Source: Azolla caroliniana
Lineage: Eukaryota; Plantae; Polypodiophyta
Length of the DNA: 64,000 nucleotides
Direction of reading: 5' to 3'
NCBI GenBank assembly: GCA_043228905.1
Contig: JBHGNT010000018.1
Span: forward strand, 16,430,001 to 16,494,000
Part shown: positions 48,184-61,855 of the stretch, in pieces
Position numbering within the stretch: position 1 is the stretch's first letter
Layout of the letters: every line of letters starts with the position of its first letter
Translations under genes and position numbers: made by a program
Notes under the pieces: model-generated
Databases searched by the model: none
Told to the model about the DNA's origin: nothing
Seen by the model: the letters and a program-made list of their open reading frames with translations, nothing else

Positions 48184-49303
48184 CTCTCAATCAACATCTT
48201 TCACCTAAAATTGACTTGATGAATTACTTATATAGTTAGGAATTCTCGAGAAAGCGATTTGCATCATATTTGTGGATTCATGATGCATAGAGAGGACATG
48301 GAAAAATCAGGGAGGGGTTTAAATTCAAGGTCGAAGTGCCACCATTTGATATGTTTTAAAGCTAGTCCAAAATTGAACTAATGAATCATCAATCCCTTGC
48401 ATTGTATATACTTTCCCTTTACAATTGATCTTTACATATTAGTTAGATTATTGTAGAATATATATATTTTTTATCTTAATAAATACACTAATGTACCCTC
48501 CCTCCCATTTCCTATATTGACATCGAGGAACCGCCCAAGCATTCCTCCTAAGTCCTTGATGCCCCAAGGGCCAATACCAATTTGGGCAAACATGTTTGCC
48601 TATTTATATTTACTCTAAAACAATACATATATAGAAAGAAAGGACACAAATGCCAAAAAAATATATGTGGTAATGTAATATTCATGCAATTATCCTTATG
48701 TAAATGGCTACGAATGTCCTCGCATATATGTATTCAAATAAATCTTCATATCACACAACATAAAGTGTTGAATGAGGGCAAGGTCTATAGAGCACCATGA
48801 TTGTACGTGTGTATGTGGATAAAATGCATTTGTATAAGGATGTGTGCGCGTGCAATAATAATAAGAAAAGGCTATTTGGGTACTATTATTAGTATTATTA
48901 CGATTCCCTAATACTATTGTTCATATGATCCCTAGTGGAAAAAGCATCACGGATAAAAATAAAAGTCTCTAGAGTAAACTTACATGGGAAAGCACTGAAA
49001 TCGAGACATTGGTTAAAAAAACTGCCCTAGACTTTCCTAGAATGATTGAACTGCCTCTCATTGCAAAGGGGAAAAAGGACCCGAAGCGTATATGGATGAA
49101 GTATCCAAAAACTTTTCTAAGCACCAAAGTAACCCTAGTGTTAACAACCACCACAATGTACGTAACAATGAAGTAGTGATTCTGGGATCGTCCGAGAGCT
49201 CACGGGGCGAATGAGTATTCTTAATCTAGCAAGCATCCGAAAACATTTTTCTGGCCATAAGAGAAACCGTGTGAACACGGCCACGGCTACAGTGGCCATC
49301 ACC

Positions 49304-49694
49304 ACATCATCGTCATCATCATCTCTCTTCCATCATCATCATCATCTCTCTTCATCATCATCATCATCTCTCTTCCATCATCATCATCATCATCTCTCTT
49401 CATCATCATCATCATCTCTCTTCCATCATCATCATCATCATCTCTCTTCCATCATCATCATCATCATCATCTCTCTTCCAACATCATCATCTCTCTTCCA
49501 TCATCATCATCATCATCTCTCTTCATCATCATCATCATCTCTCTTCCATCATCATCATCATCTGTCTTCCAACATCATCATCTGTCTTCCAACATCATCA
49601 TCTCTCTTCCATCATCATCATCTCTCTTCCATCATCATCATCATCTCTCTTCCAACATCATCATCTCTCTTCCATCATCATCATCTCTCTTCCA
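49304..49694. repeat. Compound (CAT)n-CTCTCTTC minisatellite upstream of TRN1
   Basis: Repeated CATCATCATCATCTCTCTTC(C) units of about 20 bp. Confidence 0.95.
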
Positions 49695-49922
49695 TGTTGT
49701 CATAAGCTCTCTCTCTCTCTCTAGAAGGGCTTCACATCCTATCGCTTCATCTCAGAGTTCAGCTTCGCCGTGAAGCTTCCCGTCTCAGCCCTCGATCAGG
49801 CCGCAGAAGCGCAGATCGAACCCTAATTCATTCATTCGTTCGTTCATTCTTCTTCTTGTTGCTCCGCTTCACAATCTATCTTCTGCGATCGTGTCAGAGA
49901 TAAGGGGCTGTGGCTTTTGGCT

Positions 49923-52900
49923 ATGGCTACTACTCCGATTTGGCAACCACAAGAACAAGGGTTGAAAGAGATTTGCTCGCTTCTGCAAGAGCACAGAGCT
50001 CCTAGCTCCGATCAGTCTCGTGTCTTCCAACAACTGCAACAATTCAGTCAGCTTCCTGATTTCAACAATTACCTCGCCTTCATACTATGTCATGGAGAGG
50101 TATGGAGCTTTGCAATCATTTCTTTTGTAATTTGGTATCATCTCTAATCATGCTTAGCATTACGATGCTGGTGCCTAGATATAAGGTATGTGATCTCTGT
50201 AACCATTCTGTGTTTAATTTCTTTATCATGTCTAGATTTCTTACTACAGGTAAGATGATTTTTTTGAGTTTTCAATAAATTTGTGCATATGATATCAAGT
50301 TTGTTATGTTTATATTCACTATTCTATGTGGAATATTAAATGTTTCAACGAATTGTATGTAGTTTAATCTTTTGTTTAGCGACAAGGAAGATCGTACTTA
50401 ACATTTTATGTGTGTTTTCCATCCTGAAGTAATCTCATGTCAAGACCAACTATATGGCAGATGAAACTTTTTATGATTTTTTATATGTCTTGATTGTCAC
50501 CAACCCTCAAGTTAGGAATTAACGAGCGCCAGGGAAGATGAAACTTTAGATCATTTTGTAATTAAATTCAGACTTAGCTTTGTTATGATTCTAGGAACAT
50601 GAAACCTTCGAACCAATTCACATGTATTTGATATTCTCATCGATCATATGTAGCATTATGATGCTATAAGCAAGATCCTTCTTTAAACCATCTCATATTT
50701 AATATGATTCGGACGTGATTATGTTTAGCTTTATCATTGTACAAGGAAGATGGAACCTTTGAACTTCCTAATAGTTCATGTGATGGCAGCTTCATGATTT
50801 CAACAATCTCCTCACCTTCGATGTGGGTGACAATTTTGTACATTATCTGATTGTGTGTTAATCATGTTTAGATTTATGATACTACAAAGAAAGATGAAAC
50901 TTTTGCCTGAGAACTGCATTTAGACTATTGATCAAGCTTAATCCATTGGTTATTGATTGTACACTTCCACCGTGGATCCAGAGGCAACAGTGTTGAGCAA
51001 TGCCGAGCTTTTGGATTTAAATATAGCATGACGGAAAATCTCATAAATATTATTCACGTGTTAATATGATGTTATTTTAATTTATATTTCTTAACTCATA
51101 GCACTCTCTCTCTTTCTTCTTTTTCAACATGTAAATCTGGAACAATTGTTGTGCCTATATGCATACATACTAGTATATTTGATGTAGACATAAACCGTCA
51201 TGGTTAAGCGTGCTATACTTCTGGCACCTTGTCATTCCAAGCTTAATGATAGATAAGTTGTGAACTGATAGGGATTAATGTAAGGTCCACAACATTTCCA
51301 TATCTATGTTTTTCCCTCATCTACCAATTGTTACAATTGATTGGAGCACCTTGTGTTACTATTTTTGCAGTGGGATAAATCACATGGAATTCATTATTTC
51401 AGGCTTTGAGAGTTTTGTCTATTTAAGTATTGGAAATGCTGGCAAATAGTGGGGTGATATAAATTAAAATTTTATGCAATATAATGTACAGAAAGTATAC
51501 AGCTGAACTTGCTGTTGGTCAATAAGCTGTACTACTCCCAAGGAGCTTGGTGATATGAATGTGAATAATGATATTTAAACAAGCTTCCATCATGGTGGAG
51601 TGCAAAGCTGATGTTATCGAAAGTTCTTTGTTCTTTTATACAATCCTTCATTTTCTCCTGAGCTCTCTTATGCTTGATAAAAAAAAAATGGACGTGGATG
51701 TTTTGTTCCTCAATTTATTTTCTTCTTTTGTTTGGGGTCTTCTTTCTTCTATTATTGTGTCAATCCAAAAAATCATGTCTCTTCTTATCAAGACATAGGT
51801 GATTATTGTATGCACATTTTATATTTGTGTAAAATTACCCTTCCCCCTTTTATCTTTATTAATTATTTGGACCCAACTTTGTTACTATTTTATTTTTGTC
51901 CTTACTATTTAAATTTCTTTTGGTTTATATTGGATTAATAATTCCAGTGTAATATCATTTTAATCTAGAGATCTTTGGGCAGGGCCAACCTGTTGAAGTT
52001 CGCCAGGTAGCTGGATTACTCTTAAAGAATAGCCTGAAAGTGCACTATGCAACACTTGTACCTGCCTATCAAGAGTACATCAAATCTGAGCTAATGCCAT
52101 GCCTTGGCTCATCTGATAGAAACATTCGAGCAACTGTTGGAACTGTCATATCTGTCATCATACAGCAAGGACAAGTGAAAGGTTGGCCGCAGTTGCTAAA
52201 TGCCCTTCTCCAGTGTGTAGAAAGCAATGATTATAACCATGCAGAGGGTGCACTAGGTGCACTTTCGAAGGTTGGCTAACTATTTGAATGCTTTGTCCAT
52301 GAATTTGACTATTGCTGATCCTTTCTTCAATTTCAACGTGGTCTGCTCTCTACATATGGGTGATAAATCTGTTTGTTAATCTTCTTTATAGATATGCGAA
52401 GACAGCCCACAAGAGCTGGATGCAGACGTTCCAGGAGTTTCTGAGAGGCCAATAAATGTTTTTTTACCAATATTGCTCAAGGTTTACATTCAATCATGTC
52501 ATTGACATATAGGCTTCCAACTTCTTGTGATTTGCTGCCTGATACTGTTTTGCAACCGTGAAATATTTCTAGATGTTTTCATCACCACATGCTACTCTTC
52601 GAAAATTGGCTTTGAGCTCAGTGAATCAATTCATAGTTCTAATGCCAAAGGTAAGTTTCAGATGATAAATGCTTTCTATGATAATTAGAATTCTGTTAAA
52701 TTCTTTATGGTGGATCATTTTGTATGTATTGGATGGTGTATCCAAACTAACACTGCTAAAGAAAAATGAGATATAAGTGCATTCATTTTTATTAAGCAAC
52801 TCTCAGTGTTTTTATCAATGGGGCCAGGCGTTATTTGTCAACATGGATAGTTATTTACAAGGGCTCTTCACGCTTGCGACTGATTCTGCGGCTGAAGTCC

Positions 52901-55900
52901 GAAAGCTGGTATGCACATGTACTTAAGCTACTCCTACTGTGTACTTATACACATTCATTGGATACAATTATTTTAGCAACAAAGACGTTGTACATGTCAA
53001 TATATGCATAAATTTATCGATTTTAACGTGGATTGCAGGTGTGTGCTGGTCTTGTACAGCTTCTTGAGGTTCATGCAAGCTATTTACAAGTAAGTGCGTG
53101 CATATTTTTTTGTTTTTAGCATACTTTAAACAAAAGTCTGTACTTTTTTCAGTCATTTACTTCTCATTTCTCTTATTTGTTTCAGCCTCATATAATGAAC
53201 GTTATTGAATATATGCTGCAAGCAAACAAGGATGCAGATACGGAAGTGGCATTGGAAGCATGCGAGTTCTGGTAAAGTTACAATGGATGTTAGGATTGAT
53301 CTAATGGTGGTTGTTCTGCAGGGTTGTTCAATGGAACTTTCATGTGAATTTCAGGTCGACCTTTTGTGAAGCCCATCTATCTCCTGAACTGCTGCGAGAG
53401 TACCTACCTCGGCTTATTGGGGTTGTTACACGTTAAAATATTTTAGGCCTATCTGAATGAGCATACTGTCTTATGTCATAAATCCCTAATTTTAACATAA
53501 ACAATCATGGAACTTGCAGATTTTGTTGTCAAATATGATATATGCAGAAGATGATGAAGCACTTCTTGATGCTGAGGTCAGGCTCTTATATTCTCCGTAA
53601 ACATTTGTATTTTTTCTCTGTGGTTTTTGCATTGAGCAGCTATTTTTTTTCAGGATGATGAGTCAGTGCCAGATAGAGATCAAGTAAGTGTCATTCATTG
53701 GAGCAGGCCTCACTTAATATGGATGGTGCACAAGATAATCCAAACTGATTGATTCTGCATTTATCCTTGCAGGATATAAGACCAAGATTCAAACAGTCAC
53801 GACTACATGGCTCTGCTGGCGAAGAAGAAGAAGAAGAGGTCCTCTTCTGCAGAATGTTCTGTACTTTGTGATGTTTTTATAAATCTTGATTTTTCAGTTA
53901 AAATTTCATTTAATTCTTTTCCAGGATGAGGAGGACATTGTCAATTCTTGGAACTTGCGCAAATGTAGTGCGGCAGGACTTGATATTATGTCTTCAGTTT
54001 TTGGGGATGAAATGCTTCCAATGTTGATGCCTTTATTGCAGGTTGTGCATCCAATCTATCTGTATACAGAGCATTTTCAGTTAGTGACTAAAAAATGTTT
54101 GATTGCAGAAGCTCTAGTTGTTTTGGCTTTAATAGATTTTGTTGCCAACAGTTCTACAGAGTTGCTGAGCTATTAAGAAACTGCACGTGATCTATTTAAA
54201 ACATCTAGTATTTTTATTTCCATTTCAGGCATTTGCTGCATTATTTAGGATACAATATTCTACCCTTTTCTAGATCATATTTCAGAAAAACCTAACTGAA
54301 CATATTTTCTTGACATTTTTGCAGAAAAATCTGGAAAGTAAAGGTGACGCCCATTGGAAAGAGAGAGAGGCAGCTGTCTTGGCATTGGGCGCAATTGCTG
54401 AGGGTTGCATAAATGGTCTTCTTCCCCATTTAACACAGGTGAAAACGTGAAAGTTAAAGCAGTTTGAACTAATTAATTATACAATCATAATCTGTTGTCA
54501 TTAATGTAAAGCTTTTTAAGATGGCTTCGATGTTTTTGCATCTGATTGGAGACATTCCTGCAGATTGTTACTTTTCTTCTACCTCTCTTAGAAGACAAAT
54601 GGCCACTTGTTCGCAGTATAACTTGTTGGACTCTTTCTCGCTATAGCAGATGGATAGTGCAGGTATCAATACTATAAATTTAGTAACATATTACTTGAAA
54701 TGATCTGTTTCGGATGATTTCTTAACGATTTGTACACAATTACACATTTCTGCTGCAGGCAGCTATTCACCCTGAGGGTCATGCCCAGTTTGATAGTGTG
54801 CTAACAGGAATTTTGCGTCGCATCTTGGATAACAATAAAAGAGTTCAAGAGGCTGCGTGTTCAGCATTTGCCACCCTTGAGGAGGTATTTTTATTCCTTA
54901 ATTCAACATTTGTTGTGTAGGATTGATTAACAATCACAAACAAAGTTCTTAGTGAACTCCTGCAATGAGTTATCTATTGTTTAAATATGACTTAATAGTT
55001 GTTCCTGACCACTTTCCTGTGAGTTGGCAACTTTGAGTCAATCACCACAGAAAGCATGATCTTCTCAACATTAGATGCATTAGGTGAGAACCATAGAAAT
55101 CCTCCATTGTAATGTGCACATATATACGGTAAACCGAAATATGAAGATAATTGCCGTGATCTATTGCAAAGGGCATAGAAACACGTGTACTTGTTATTAT
55201 CACATAGGCTGACGTTTGTGCCAATTTTCAAGAGTGGAGACCCCATGATGCTGGGCTAAATTATATGGCTCAATTGTTGTCAGAATTGAGTATGCGGGCA
55301 AAGCAAAATGGCTGCCATTCAGCTGGACAGGCAGGCTTTTGAAATGTGTTCACAACTTTGGATCACATATTCACCATCCGAGCCCTTGTTGAGGAGGGCA
55401 GAGCCCATAATAAGAGAATTTATTGCTGCATTGTGGATTTCTGAAAAGTCTTCGACACCATATCATGTGCTCGGCTCATGCAACAGCTAGAAGCCCTTGG
55501 TGTCCATAAAGATATGCAATGAGGAATCTATCACTTTATGAATCTGTGTCTGGAAAAGTGTGGTTTCCCAATGGATTGTCGGAGTCTGTGGCTTGCACAA
55601 TTGGAGTAAAACAAGGATGCCCACCATCACTAACTCTCTTCGGTCTGTATATTACTTGGCTAAACTATATGGCTTAATACCTGAATTCAGATTAAGTATA
55701 TGGGCAGAGTGAAAGCCAGGCTTGGAATGGGTTCACAACTTTGGATCACATATTGACCCTCCGAACCCTTGTTAAGGAGGGCAGAGCCCATAACAAGAGG
55801 ATTTATTGCTGCATTGTAGATTTCTGAAAAGTCTTTGACTCCGTACCACGTGCTCGGCTCATGCAACAATTAGTGTCCATATAGATATGCAATGAGGAAT

Positions 55901-58900
55901 CTATGCACTATATGAATCTGTGTCAGAAAAAGTGCGGTCTCCCAATGGTTTGTAGGAAGCTGTGGCTTGCCTGATTGGAGTAAAACAAGGATGCCACCAT
56001 CACCCACTATTTTTGGTCTATATATAGATGAAATGTCACATCACGTAGAGAGATTCAGCCATTCGGGAGCATGCCTAACGGATATAGTCATGTAAATATT
56101 ACTATAGCTGATGATATTGTGCTGATCTCTGACTTTGTGGGGGGACTACAAAGACATCTAAATGGCTTAAGAGTATTTTGTATAGACAAAGGTTTGTCGA
56201 TAAATATGGGTAAAACTAAAGTGATGGTGTTTAACAGCACTCAAGCATTGGTAAAAAGATTAGAAACAGAATTCTTCTTGGGAGAGGAAAATGTGACATA
56301 CACACTCTCCTACACATACCGAGGAGCAACATTCATAGGTCCTAGGTTTTTCTTACAGAAGGCTTCTTGTGATCCGCTTTCTCGTGGATATGTAGCCCTT
56401 GGTGCTCTTGAAAGACAATGTGCACATTTGCAGTTCCGAGAGCCAATAACTAAATTGTGGCTATTTGATACACTTGTCACACAAACTCCTCAATGGAGTG
56501 GAAATGTGGGGATTGAGTCTTAGAGAGGCAAATATAGAAAGATTTAGAGAGGCCTTTTAGTCTCAATGATTGCCCTCATGATAAGGAGCAAAGCGTCTAT
56601 GGTCCATGATATAATTCACGCAGAGATGGGGCAACTCCTATAATCATTGAGGCGTCACTCCGAGCAATGGCTTTGGGAGCTCCCTAAAAGAAGGTACTCA
56701 AGGTTGGCACTTAAGTCATCAAAACATATGCTAAAAATGGAGATATTCATTCTTGGTATGCTGAAATGCAACAATGCTTCAAGTCAGAAGGCATAAGCAT
56801 AAATGCACAAACCTTGTTCCAGTATAAGCCTGGATTGGCCCCATCTAAACATGACGAAAGTGGAAAAGAAAGGAATGATCCAAATTGATATTATTAACTT
56901 GGAAAACAAAATAACGTGTATCAGCCCAAAACATCACTGAGTAGGAAGATGGTCCAATATAAGGCACTTTTTACACTTATTGGAGGATGAGTTCATCTGT
57001 TGGGATTAAAGGCCTTTAGGTTACAAGGCACAAGGCACCCAAAATGCAGGCTTCATTCGACATTCCATTTGATGTCGAAGAGGGAAATATGATCTTTTAT
57101 GCCATTTGATTATGCAAGAGATCAATCTTATCAAAGAGGATAAAGAAAGCATTAAAGGAGGAAATGAAAAAGGAGATAGAGAAATAGAAAACAAAGTTGT
57201 ATGCCTCTCTCAAGATTGAGGTATTAGAAGAGGTGTAGAAAGATATCACAAGCCATGTCAAGAAATCAAACTTAGAGCTCAAGAATGACATGAAGCAATA
57301 CCTTAAAGATGAAATATTCTCAAATATTTAAGGTTGAGTTAATAGCTGTAAAAGTTGATTTAGAAAAAGGATAAGAATTGGAAAAATACATCTCTATAGT
57401 TAGAGCCAATGTAACGAAGGAAATGCAAACATGGGTAGAGATGACCAAAGATGTCAAAGCTCAAGTTGAGCATGCCCAAAAAGATATTAAAGCAAATGCT
57501 CCTTGGATAGGGGTAGTGAAAAAGCAAAAAGGAACATTAGTGGATAGGATGGAAATGATGAATGCTACATTAGAAGAAGAAGCCAAGAGGAAAGCTCGTG
57601 CATTGCATGTACGAGTGGTTGGTTGGGCATGCCCAAAAAGATATTAAAGCAAATGCTCCTTGGATAGAGGTAGTGAAAAAGCGAATAGGAACATTAGTGG
57701 ATAGGATGGAAATGATAAATGCTACATTAGAAGAAGAAGCCAAGAGGAAAGCTCGTACATTGCATGTACGAGTGGTTGGTTGGGCATGTTCAAAAAGAAA
57801 TTAAAGCAAATGCTCCTTGAATTGAGGTAGTGAAAAAGCAAAAGGGAACATCAGTGGATATGATGGAAATGATAAACGCTACATAAAAGAAGTCAAGAGG
57901 AAAGTTCCTGCATTGCATGTACAAGTGGTTGGTTGGTTGAAAAAGGAAGCCCACAAGAAGATGCTAAGAATCTTGGAACAAAGAATGAGGGATATTCCAT
58001 TTGTTTCAGCATGGAGGGTGGGAAGAGATAAGTCTAGAGCCAAAGCTCTTATTATCCGCTTCATGGATATGGACAAGAAAAAAGCTTTCCTATCTAAATG
58101 AAGGGGACTAAAGGGTGAGAAAATATACTTAGATGACAATCTCACTCCAACTCAAGTGGCACATCGCAAAGAAAACATGCCACGAGTGTTTGATGCGAGA
58201 ATGGAAAATGGGCTGTATATAGAGATGGTAAGGTCATTATTACAAAGAAGAGAACCGCATGATGACGTATGGCCTATGAGACCATACGCATGACTATATG
58301 GAATTACAACAGCTCTCTATAGACAAATGTCAGGTATTTTGAAGATACCTTCAAAAACACATTTATTGCTATGTATACAAAGACCCACCAATGCATGGCT
58401 AGAAAACTCCCCGATGTACAAGGATATAGATGGGAGTCAATATGTCGTCCCCAACCTCGGACACCGAGAAGCACTAGAGGTTCGGGACAAGTGGCTGTGT
58501 TATACAAAAAGGAGCTCCATGATAGAGTGCATGTTGTGCACAAGGTCATAGATGCAGGCTACATATGGATACGAATTAAAAGTGAGGATCTTAGGGAACT
58601 ATATATTGCAATTTGCTTCTTTTCGCTTGCCTACTCAAGGTTTGCACCTCTCAGTGAACCACCATATCTACCATTATATGATGATATCATAAGACTTGCT
58701 ACTATGGGGGACGTAATACTATTAGGAGACTTCAATGCATGAACTAAGGATGAGCAAACAACTATGTTTGACACCAACGAGGCTGTTTATGGAGAAGTTA
58801 TGGCAGAAGAGGTTAGTTTAAAGCAACAAGCTCAAGATGTGACAATTATAACTGAATATGGCAAACACTTTCTAGCCTTGGGAAGTGCGCACATGGATTT

Positions 58901-61855
58901 GTGATATATAATGGATTGTCACAATGGCATGAATCAGATGCTTTGACATGTTGGAACCCAAAAGGAGATGCAAACACAGTCGATTACCTAATGGGATCTC
59001 CCTCTCTTATACCTGAAATAAGAGAGTTCATTATATCTGGTACACCTTTTGTCTTGGCAGCAGATCATGCATATGTATGCTTTGAGGTGAAGGATGGATG
59101 CACAAGGAATGTATATGCTAAGGAGAGTGTGTTGGCTAAGTATCAATTTACTCGCGAGAAAAGCAATGTGTATAGTTGTAGAGTATACAATAGCATGCTA
59201 GATTTGGATCCTTCCACACTCCTAGATGAAGTTACTCGAGGATTGTCAAAATCCTTGCATAAAGCAGCCACAAATGCATTTCCTCACACAATGGCCAATC
59301 CCCCCCAAACTTGAAAGAGTAATACAAAAGAGTTGGTATGAGGAATGTCGTACAAAGGTTTGTTGCTAAACATGGATAGATTTAAAGTGATGGTGTTTAA
59401 CACCATTCAAGCATGGGTAATAAGATCAAAACCGGAATTCTTCTTGGGAGAGTAAAAGGTGGAATACACACTTCTACACATACCTAGGAGTAACATTTAC
59501 AGGGCCTAGGTTCTCCTTACGGGAGGCTGCTTGTACCACGACTTTCTCGTGGATATGCAACCCTTGGTGCTTTCGAAAAACAATGTGCACATTTGCAGTT
59601 CCAAGAGCCACAAACTAAGTTGTGATTATTTGGTACACTTGTCACACCAACTTTTCTCTATGGAATAGAAACATCGGGACCGAGTCTTAACAAGGCAAAC
59701 CATTGGAAAGAATAGAGACCTTTAGTATCAATGATTGACCGCATGATAAGGAGCAAAGCATCAGTGCCCCATGATATATAATCCGGACAGAGATGGGAGC
59801 AGCCCCTATAATCATTGAGGCATTGTTCCGATCAATGAGATGCATCCAAGGTCTCTGGGAGCTCCCTAAGTGAAGGCACCCAAGGTTGGCACTTATGTCA
59901 TCATGACAACTGGCCGAAAATGGAGACAGTCATTGTTGGTATACTGAAATGCAACAATGGTTCGAGTCACTTGGCATAAGGATAAATAGACTACCCCTGT
60001 TCCAGTATAGCTTGGACTGGCCCATCTAAATATCACCAAAGTGAAAAAGGATAGAGTGATCTGAACTGATATTATTAACTTGGAAAACAAGATAACATCG
60101 ATCAGCTCCAAAATATCACTTGGTATGAAGATGGCCCACTACAAGACACACTTTTTACACACATCGGAGGATGGATTCATCATCAGGCCACATTTTATGG
60201 ACATACATCTATTGTATGTGCTGCTTTGTGTGATAGGGCAGTTGCGAACTTCATCACATCAGTTAGAGATTTAGGTTGGTAAATATACACAAATACCTCT
60301 AGAAGAAAGAATTATCCAATTGTGTCATCAAGGACTGAAATCCGAAGAACACTATGGTTGTCATTGTAGTGTCTTTTATGAAATAAGAGGGAGATACCAT
60401 TACCTCTTTAAACAAGGCTTTGACCCACTATGCAAGGTAATGGAATATGAGGACCAACAATGCATAGGACTTTTCTTACTAGAACACAAAAGACATAGGG
60501 AAAAGTTGTCGAAGGACAATAGTGCAAGCACACAAGCTCAACCACATAGAACAATCACAACTTTCTTCAGCCCCATCATTCCTACTAATGCTATAAGTAA
60601 ATCAACGGATACCCAAATGGGCTTCCAACCAGGACATAACAAAGGGGTTGCAATAGATTTTTTATTTTTATTTACTTTATTTGCTAAGCTACATTTACTT
60701 TGGTTTTGTTCTCAAAGACCTGACAACATTTTAAGATGTAATCTCTGGTTTGGTCTTATAGGCCATTTTGGCCTCTTAAAAAGAAATTAATATATCTTTT
60801 ATTTTCTAATTTCTCCATGGATACTGTACAAATACTCTCTTTCCTAGGTATGCATGCTACCTATGATTCCTATTTAGTCACTAGTTGGTGGTTTGACAGT
60901 CCAACCTGGTCATGCCCATGTCACTCTTATAAATCTGTCTTCTGAAACAGTTATAAACTAACCTTTGTGATATGCTAACATGTAGTAGGGGTTATGATTA
61001 ACTCAACCTTGTTGATGGGGTTCATCCTGAATACATAATGACTGGTGGTCTCTCGATACGTGTCCCATGTTTAGAGGGAGAGGCCTACTGCCTGCACATA
61101 TGGTTGTGTAGCCATATTATGGACAACCATCTAATAGTGAGTGACTCTTGGAACTGTTCATGATATGGTGTCTTCAACTCGAAACTAATTAAAACTTAAT
61201 GAGTCCTTACCTCAAGTATAATCTTGTGGTTGAATTCGAGTCCCAAATCCTTTGGATATCTTAGTTGCCAAATGTGACTCAGTGAAGTTAAGATATAAAA
61301 TTTGCATACCATTTCTCTTTGGTTGAAATCTGTAGTTTGTAATTACAAACTTCATAATTATTGAGAATAATGTATATATAATTGCTGAGAGCGTAAGGCA
61401 CACAACTAAGAGGAAGAGCAAGTGAAATATTTATACACAACATTGATAATAGCTATTATTGTCTGGTTGCACATGGGCTAATAATTGAAAGTAATAGAAA
61501 GTAGAAGGGCTGGAGACATCTTGGATTCCAGTACTCAAAGACCATATTTAAGCTACCCATATCATGTTTGATCTTTAAGTGCCTGTGCATAAGTATAAAG
61601 CATAGAAAATTATCTATAACTCTTTGTGGAATTTGAAGCTGAGAGTAAAGTTCCAAGGACGATTTTGTTTAAAGTATTTATTATTTACCAAGCACTGATT
61701 TTGAGCATGTTTCTCGCATTAGAATAGGCTACTGTCTTGATTTTTCTTAACTCATGGATTTAGTGCATTGTATGGTTCAGGAAGCAGCTGAAGAATTGAC
61801 TCCACGACTTGATGTGATCTTGCAGCATCTTATGTTTGCATTTAATAAATATCAG
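49923..61855 (+). CDS. TRN1: Transportin-1 (importin-beta2/karyopherin-beta2), first 16 coding exons (534 codons); continues beyond the window
   Basis: Exons with GT-AG borders and continuous frame: 49923-50099, 51983-52270, 52392-52481, 52573-52650, 52828-52908, 53039-53089, 53186-53271, 53355-53421, 53520-53576, 53654-53683, 53773-53838, 53925-54041, 54325-54438, 54564-54662, 54759-54884, 61781-61855. Motifs [36 protein letters not shown], acidic H8 loop, [31 protein letters not shown]. Confidence 0.95.
55150..56995 (+). mobile_element. Decayed LINE RT/C-terminal fragment in TRN1 intron 15 (with an internal ~390-bp duplication)
   Basis: RAEP..F...DFxKxFD; [15 protein letters not shown]; ADDIVLIS; [14 protein letters not shown]. 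Confidence 0.8.
56996..60655 (+). mobile_element. Decayed LINE (RTEX/CR1-like by inference): coiled-coil ORF1, APE endonuclease, internally deleted RT, C-terminal Cys/His knuckle
   Basis: [30 protein letters not shown]; C-terminus [11 protein letters not shown]...ERI.QLCH...EEHY.CHC. Confidence 0.78.
57471..57937 (+). repeat. Tandem triplication (157-bp unit) in LINE ORF1
   Basis: Copies start at 57471, 57628 and 57785. Confidence 0.9.

Noticed and set aside
49211-49705. 164-aa His/Ser-rich ORF
   Set aside because: Translation artefact of the stop-free CAT/CT minisatellite
51568-51938. Hydrophobic short ORFs in TRN1 intron 1
   Set aside because: T-rich intron sequence; exon 1 splices in frame directly to 51983
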